Source: an uncultured Bacilli bacterium (GTDB taxonomy: Bacteria; Bacillota_I; Bacilli_A; RFN20; CAG-826). From it: DNA of 64,000 nucleotides. A model generated the notes under the pieces. It was given only the letters and a program-made list of their open reading frames with translations. It did no database searches and was not told the DNA's origin. Shown here piece by piece: positions 58,467 to 64,000 of this stretch. Every line of letters starts with the position of its first letter. Position 1 is the first letter of the stretch. Made by a program: the position numbers and the translations under genes. The stretch is from contig CAKPNG010000002.1 of NCBI GenBank assembly GCA_934168325.1, positions 11 through 64,010 of the forward strand, given 5' to 3'.

Positions 58467-59696
58467 TTATGATAATAACCAATCAATTATATTTATAGAT
58501 TTAATACCATCATAAGAATTAATAAAATTCCTATCTAATGATAATACTATTTTTTCATAATTATCTTTAATCATTAAAAGTGGTTTTAACTCACGTTTTC
58601 TAGTTTCTAAAGATAACATAGTTTCTGTAACTTGAATATATATTTTTTCATTAGGTTTTTCAGCAATGAAATCAATTTCTACTTCGCCTATTTTTCCAAT
58701 ATAAACTCGATAATCCCTTCTAAGTAACTCTAAAAATACAATATTTTCTAAAATATGTCCACGATCAGCATCTCTATATCCTAACAACATATTACGAAAA
58801 CCAATATCAATAATATAATTTTTTTCTAATGTTTTAAGTAATTGTTTTCCTTTAATATCATATCTACCAACAGCATAAAAAACGAAAGCATTATGTAACA
58901 TTTGTATGTATTTATCGACAGTTTTACCTGCCATTTTCTTTTCTTTTTTATCACTAATATCACCTTCATAAGTTAAGGTATTTCCTATATTATTTGGAGA
59001 AGTAATACTTCCTATATTTGAACAAAGAAATAATACAACCTTATGTAATATTGATTGATCTATTTGGTTATTTCTTTGCATAATATCTTTTAAAACTACA
59101 GTTGAATATATTCCTTCAAGAGCTTGATTACATCTATTTTCATTAAATTTATATTCTTTTAAAATAGGCATTCCTCCAAATTGTAAATACCTTTGAAATT
59201 TATCTTCAATAGTCATAGGATTATCAAAATTATAAAAATTTAAAAATTCTTTAAAAGATAATGGTAAGATGCGTATTTCTACATATCTTCCAGATAAAAG
59301 TGTAGAAAATTCTGTAGATAATAAATACGCATTTGATCCTGTTATATAAATATCAACATCAAAATCAAGTCTAAAAGACTCTATAGCTTTTTCCCAATGT
59401 TCTATAACTTGTAGTTCATCAAATAATAAATAAGTTTTACCTTTATTTGTAATCAAATTACTTACGTAATCATAAAATTCTATATAATTAGAAATATTAC
59501 GATAACGAAGTGATTCTAAATTCATGTGAATTATATTTTCTTCCAAAACTTTATTTTCTAAAAGATATTGATGAAATAAATCTAATAAAGAAGATTTTCC
59601 ACATCTACGAATTCCAGTAATTATTTTTACTAAATCAACATCTTTATTTTCAATAAGTTGTTTTAAATATTCAGGTCGATTTATTAACTTATTCAT
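58467..59696 (-). CDS. AAA-type ATPase with DUF4143-like C-terminal domain
   Basis: 409 aa with Walker A GIRRCGKSSLL and Walker B LLFDELQ. Confidence 0.75.
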   Translation of the reverse strand: MNKLINRPEYLKQLIENKDVDLVKIITGIRRCGKSSLLDLFHQYLLENKVLEENIIHMNLESLRYRNISNYIEFYDYVSNLITNKGKTYLLFDELQVIEHWEKAIESFRLDFDVDIYITGSNAYLLSTEFSTLLSGRYVEIRILPLSFKEFLNFYNFDNPMTIEDKFQRYLQFGGMPILKEYKFNENRCNQALEGIYSTVVLKDIMQRNNQIDQSILHKVVLFLCSNIGSITSPNNIGNTLTYEGDISDKKEKKMAGKTVDKYIQMLHNAFVFYAVGRYDIKGKQLLKTLEKNYIIDIGFRNMLLGYRDADRGHILENIVFLELLRRDYRVYIGKIGEVEIDFIAEKPNEKIYIQVTETMLSLETRKRELKPLLMIKDNYEKIVLSLDRNFINSYDGIKSINIIDWLLS

Positions 59697-59755
59697 ACTT
59701 ATTTAACTCCCATTAAATTAATTTAAATATATATTTAAATCTATTAAAAGTCAAT

Positions 59756-59820
59756 AGTTTCTAACTTTAAAGTCCAAAACTCTCTAAAATTATAAAGTTT
59801 CTAACTTCAAAGTCTGAAAC
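59756..59820. repeat. Two copies of a 25-nt motif (AGTTTCTAACTTYAAAGTCYRAAAC), 40 nt apart start to start
   Basis: Copies at 59756-59780 and 59796-59820 differ at 3 positions. Each has inverted termini (AGTTT...AAAC(T)). Confidence 0.7.
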
Positions 59821-59896
59821 TTTTAGGTTTTTATTATTATTTTATATAATAAAAAAGATCCAAAGATCCTTTTTAATAATTAAAATTAATTAAATA

Positions 59897-62284
59897 TTAT
59901 AGAGGTAAATCTTTCTTATTAAAGTAAGTTATACCAACATTATAAGTAACTGCAGTAATTGCAACTAATCCTAATAATTTAATCCAATAAATAGCATCTC
60001 CATTCATTGCTGCTAATCCATCATATAAATTATCAATAGTGAAATAATTAAATATATTCATCGAATCAATTCTAATTGCTCCAGGCATTGCTTTACTACC
60101 AAATAAACCTAATATAGAGCAAATAAAGAAGAATATATTAATACCGCCACCAACACCAATTGCAAATCTAGTTTTATTAAATATACAGCTTGATAAGAAA
60201 CAAATTCCACTCATTGCAATAATTACCATTACTGAACCTAATGTAAATTCAATAATATCAGATAATAATAACGATTCTAAGAAGTCAGTTCCACCGATTG
60301 CAATACCTACTTCTCTAGATAAAATAGCACCAAGTAATAATACAATTCCTGAAGCTACTTCACTAACTATTAAATATACAGCTTGAGTAAAGACAAATGT
60401 ATTACGTTTAGTAGGTGTAGCTAAAGTAAATGCTAAAGATCCGGTTTCAACTTTTTCAGCAACTAATCCATTAGCTAATATAATTGTATAAACTAAAGGC
60501 ATTAATAAACAAGCCATACCAAATGCAACAACACCAACCATAAATCCATAAGTATTCATACTACCTAATTCAGTTAATGTATCAGTTAAAGCAGGTGGTA
60601 ATGAACCAGTAACAGTTTTACTAGCTAAAGTCATACTTATTAACATTGTTTCAGTAGCATCATATCCTTTTATACTATATTCTTTATACATCTCTTGATA
60701 ACTACTTAATCCACTAACAGCATAGACCTTTAATAAGTTTACGATTGACTCACTAGACATACCTAAGAAGTCACTTGGAATATCTTCAATATTTGTAATT
60801 AAAGTGTTATTAGCAGAGTTATAGGTATCAATTAAGGTCCTTTTACCTTGCTCAATAACCATTTCTATTGACTTTTCACTAATAGCACTATCAATTATAT
60901 TTTTACCATCAAAATAAGCATTTTTATTATCAGAATCTCTATTAATAAATTCATTCATAAATGAAGTTAAATAAGTTTTAGATAAAGTAATTGATGTTTG
61001 AGCTTCTTTTTTAGCTTGATCAATTTCTTTTTGAGTATATTCTTTACCAGTAATAATTGCTTTATTTTTCTTTTCAAGCATATTAGAAGCATTACCCATT
61101 GTTCCACTTACTTTAATAAAATGTTCTGGATCATATTTATTAGTTTCTACTTCTCTATAAATAATATTTCCATTACTATCAACAGTTCCAGTTGATTCCT
61201 TTATTAAAGGAAGACCTCTAACACTAGTGATATATTCAACTTTATAAGTAGGTAAATAATTTAAATAAGCAAAATCTTCTAGTGTATTTACTACTACATC
61301 AATAATAGATGCTGATACACTTTGATCATAATATTTATCTACATTACCAACAAAAGATTCTTTTCTTTCTTCATATCTATTCTTTAAATCATTAATTAAA
61401 TATGTAGTTTGTTCTTTTAAACTTTCATCAGTAACTAAAGGAATAATTTCAAAAGTCAATTCAGTAGCAGTTTGTCTAGCAATTAATGTTTTCTTATTAG
61501 TATCTGTAATTCCTGAAACTTTTTTATCATAATCATTAATAGAATTAATTACTAAATCTTTAATTTTATTAGCTAATTCATCACTTAATGAATATTGATT
61601 TTGAACACTATTAACAAGATATTTACCAATCGCATTAATAAGTCTAGTTTTTGTAGTAGCTGTTGAATCATTCATTGTTGCATAATATTCATCTATATAA
61701 TAAGGAACAATTGCTTTTGCTAATTGTTTTTCTTCTTCAGTCATTGAAGAAAAATTCTTTAAATAAACATCTACTAAAGAAACAGTGTTATTTTTAGCGT
61801 TTTCATGATTTTTATCAACATCATACAAACGTTTATATGTAGTTTCAACATATTTTAAAGTTGATAATGTATTTTGATTATTAACTTGTTCATACATTGT
61901 TGATAAAGAATTAATAAGCATTTTTTGACTTGATGTTAATGTTTCATAAGTTTGTCCAGCTTCTTTAAAACTTGAATATAAACCGATTACACCAGTTTTA
62001 ACTGTTTCTTCTGTATCAGCATTTTGAAACATACTAGTCATAGCTTTTTTAGTTTCATTAATATTTAAACTAGATAAAATCATAACAACTATGATGATTA
62101 AAATAGCATTACCTAAAGAGACTATTGACCATGATCCCCAATAACTTTTTACATTTTCTTTAAATAAAGCAAATGAGAATAAGCCCTTCTTTTTATGCTT
62201 ATTTGTTGTTTCTATACTGTCAATATTTGAAGGAAATTCTACATTTTCAGTTGAGTTCTGCAAGGTTTTTTCTTTTTTTCTCAT
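59897..62284 (-). CDS. ABC-2-type exporter permease with a large extracytoplasmic domain
   Basis: One N-terminal TM segment, a soluble region of about 500 aa, and a C-terminal cluster of TM helices. The start is taken at MRKKEK (62284), after AAAGGAGG and 1 nt past the upstream stop. Confidence 0.7.
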   Translation of the reverse strand: MRKKEKTLQNSTENVEFPSNIDSIETTNKHKKKGLFSFALFKENVKSYWGSWSIVSLGNAILIIIVVMILSSLNINETKKAMTSMFQNADTEETVKTGVIGLYSSFKEAGQTYETLTSSQKMLINSLSTMYEQVNNQNTLSTLKYVETTYKRLYDVDKNHENAKNNTVSLVDVYLKNFSSMTEEEKQLAKAIVPYYIDEYYATMNDSTATTKTRLINAIGKYLVNSVQNQYSLSDELANKIKDLVINSINDYDKKVSGITDTNKKTLIARQTATELTFEIIPLVTDESLKEQTTYLINDLKNRYEERKESFVGNVDKYYDQSVSASIIDVVVNTLEDFAYLNYLPTYKVEYITSVRGLPLIKESTGTVDSNGNIIYREVETNKYDPEHFIKVSGTMGNASNMLEKKNKAIITGKEYTQKEIDQAKKEAQTSITLSKTYLTSFMNEFINRDSDNKNAYFDGKNIIDSAISEKSIEMVIEQGKRTLIDTYNSANNTLITNIEDIPSDFLGMSSESIVNLLKVYAVSGLSSYQEMYKEYSIKGYDATETMLISMTLASKTVTGSLPPALTDTLTELGSMNTYGFMVGVVAFGMACLLMPLVYTIILANGLVAEKVETGSLAFTLATPTKRNTFVFTQAVYLIVSEVASGIVLLLGAILSREVGIAIGGTDFLESLLLSDIIEFTLGSVMVIIAMSGICFLSSCIFNKTRFAIGVGGGINIFFFICSILGLFGSKAMPGAIRIDSMNIFNYFTIDNLYDGLAAMNGDAIYWIKLLGLVAITAVTYNVGITYFNKKDLPL

Positions 62285-62285
62285 A

Positions 62286-63188
62286 TTAATTGCCTCCTTT
62301 TCTTCTTTCATCAAAGTACTTAGCTAAGTCATATTTTAATTGACTTATAAATCTTAAATCATAATTTGTAAGAGTTTGAAGTAATTCAGCTATTTCTTCT
62401 TTTTTAACTCTAACAGTTGCTTGATTATAAATATCTTGAAGTCTAATAATATCTTTTCGACCTTCAATAAATTTTAGATATTCTTCTTTTTTATTGAATT
62501 CAATTTTATAATCTCTAAAGTCTATATTTTTAATAGCATCTAATTCAGCAACGTCAAGAATTTTACCATTAGATATTAAAATTACTTTATCACATACTTT
62601 TTCTAATTCTTCAATACTATTACTAGACATGAAGATTGTTGTTCCTTTTTGTTTTTCTTCTAAAATAATATTTAAAAGTTCATCTCTCATTAAAGGATCT
62701 AGACCAGTAGTCGGTTCATCTAATAAAACTAGAAGTGGTTTCTTCATTAAAGCAGTAACAATAGCTGTTTTTTGCTTCATACCTTTAGACATTCTTTTAG
62801 GATAGGCTCTAATATCAAGTTGAAGTCTTTTAATTAAACTATCTGCATAAGTAAAATCAGTTACTCCACACATTTTTGCATAACTATTTAAGAATATAAT
62901 TCCACTTTTGACATCTGGATAATTAATTTCACCAGGAACATAACCAACATAATTTTTAACATCAGCTGCATCTTTATAAGCATCTAAACCATAAATTGTA
63001 ATCTTTCCGCTATCAGGTTTAATAAAGCCCATAAATTGTCTCATTAAAGTTGTTTTACCGGCACCATTTTCTCCGACAATACCAACAGCTTCTCCATCTT
63101 TAATATTAAAAGATATATTAAAATTACCACGACCTTGGCCATAGTCTTTAGTTATATTATCAACAATTACTACATCTTTCTTTTCCAT
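62286..63188 (-). CDS. ABC transporter ATP-binding protein
   Basis: GENGAGKTT, MSKGMKQKTAIV and LLDEPTTGLD. Confidence 0.9.
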   Translation of the reverse strand: MEKKDVVIVDNITKDYGQGRGNFNISFNIKDGEAVGIVGENGAGKTTLMRQFMGFIKPDSGKITIYGLDAYKDAADVKNYVGYVPGEINYPDVKSGIIFLNSYAKMCGVTDFTYADSLIKRLQLDIRAYPKRMSKGMKQKTAIVTALMKKPLLVLLDEPTTGLDPLMRDELLNIILEEKQKGTTIFMSSNSIEELEKVCDKVILISNGKILDVAELDAIKNIDFRDYKIEFNKKEEYLKFIEGRKDIIRLQDIYNQATVRVKKEEIAELLQTLTNYDLRFISQLKYDLAKYFDERRKGGN

Positions 63189-63189
63189 A

Positions 63190-64000
63190 TTACTTAACTC
63201 CAACATAAGTCTTTTCTTCTTTATAGAAAGACATAAAATAATCTTCTAATGTTTCTTTAATTTCAGTTAAATCAATAACTTCATATTTAGAAATATCTTT
63301 AATAAAACTATTAATTTTAGAATCATCAACGCTAATTACAACTTGATATTTATCTTTATGATGATCAATTATTTTAAAATTTGGATGATCATCATGTAAA
63401 AATTCATTTAAATCATTTAAATTAATAAAAGTAACGACATAGGTTTTTAAAGTTTTATGTTTTAATTCACTAGATTTAAATAAAGAAACAATCTTTCCAT
63501 CTTTAATAACAGCGATTCTATCACAACTAGCATCAATTTCTTTAAATATATGGCTAGACATTAAAATAGTTTTGCCGCGTTTCTTTTCTTTTTCTACTAA
63601 TTGAATAAATACTTCTTGCATTTCAGGATCTAAACCACTACTTGGTTCATCCATAACAATAATATCTGGATCACTCATAAAGCAGCATACAACTGCTAAT
63701 TTTCTTTTCATACCTAAAGACATTTCTTTACATAATAAAGATGTATCTAATTTAAATAAATTAATTAAATAATCTCTAAAAGTATAATCTACAACGTTTT
63801 TTAAAGTACATTGAATGTCTATAAATTCTTTACCCGTTAAAGCATCAGGCAAAGCGATTTCTCCAGGCAAATAAGAAACACTTCTCATGACTTCATCACG
63901 ATTTTTTAAGGTGTTTTCGCCATTAATCAAGGTTTCACCATGATCTGGTTTAGAAAAGCCCATTAAATGTCTAATAGTTGTTGATTTTCCAGCACCATTA
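63190..64000 (-). CDS. ABC transporter ATP-binding protein (5' end beyond the window)
   Basis: LSLGMKRKLAVV and VMDEPSSGLD. The Walker A (NGAGKSTT) is encoded at 63964-64000, so the gene continues past the window edge. Confidence 0.88.
   Translation of the reverse strand, partial: NGAGKSTTIRHLMGFSKPDHGETLINGENTLKNRDEVMRSVSYLPGEIALPDALTGKEFIDIQCTLKNVVDYTFRDYLINLFKLDTSLLCKEMSLGMKRKLAVVCCFMSDPDIIVMDEPSSGLDPEMQEVFIQLVEKEKKRGKTILMSSHIFKEIDASCDRIAVIKDGKIVSLFKSSELKHKTLKTYVVTFINLNDLNEFLHDDHPNFKIIDHHKDKYQVVISVDDSKINSFIKDISKYEVIDLTEIKETLEDYFMSFYKEEKTYVGVK

Noticed and set aside
59756-59820. Possible CRISPR array
   Set aside because: There are only two imperfect 25-nt copies, no regular repeat-spacer periodicity and no cas genes. 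No CRISPR-like array was seen anywhere in the window.
1-64000. Mycoplasma-type genetic code (TGA = Trp)
   Set aside because: TGA clearly terminates genes (hsdM ends in the ATGA overlap with hsdS; the mini-ORF ends in TGA). Trp is encoded by TGG in conserved positions, and all conserved genes are intact under the standard code.

Overview
This is an AT-rich window that uses the standard genetic code: TGA acts as a stop (for example the hsdM/hsdS ATGA overlap) and Trp is TGG. Gene content and order suggest a Mollicutes-related or low-GC Firmicute. The conserved backbone holds yitT, coaD-rsmD-ylbF, def, rnj, maf, nadK, spx, a complete S10-spc-alpha ribosomal supercluster (24.7-39.4 kb, minus strand, no rpmD), mgtC, two tandem class II aldolases, an ABC importer locus with an RpiR regulator, and an ABC exporter.

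Two accessory regions stand out.

(1) 1-15 kb looks like a defence island.
- A type I R-M operon (XRE-hsdR-hsdM-hsdS) is joined to an hsdS shufflon. The shufflon has a tyrosine recombinase, one silent full-length hsdS copy, two silent TRD2 half-cassettes, and three classes of in-frame inverted repeats (315, 20 and 13/10 nt).
- Beside it lies a tightly packed co-directional array of uncharacterised genes: DUF2971-like, DUF3800-like, a mini-ORF, an unknown protein fused in frame to a frameshifted lipoprotein, a PD-(D/E)xK protein, and an Abi2/HEPN + nucleotidyltransferase pair.

(2) 39.8-47.6 kb holds four elements.
- An AIPR-type Abi gene.
- A two-gene predicted surface-protein operon, preceded by a (TA)11 tract and a hairpin that sequesters the RBS and start codon.
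- A putative lipoprotein.
- An IS1634-like element flanked by a 139-bp direct repeat, whose transposase is split at an in-phase A-AAA-AAG heptamer.

All family assignments come from motif recognition by eye. No database search was run.
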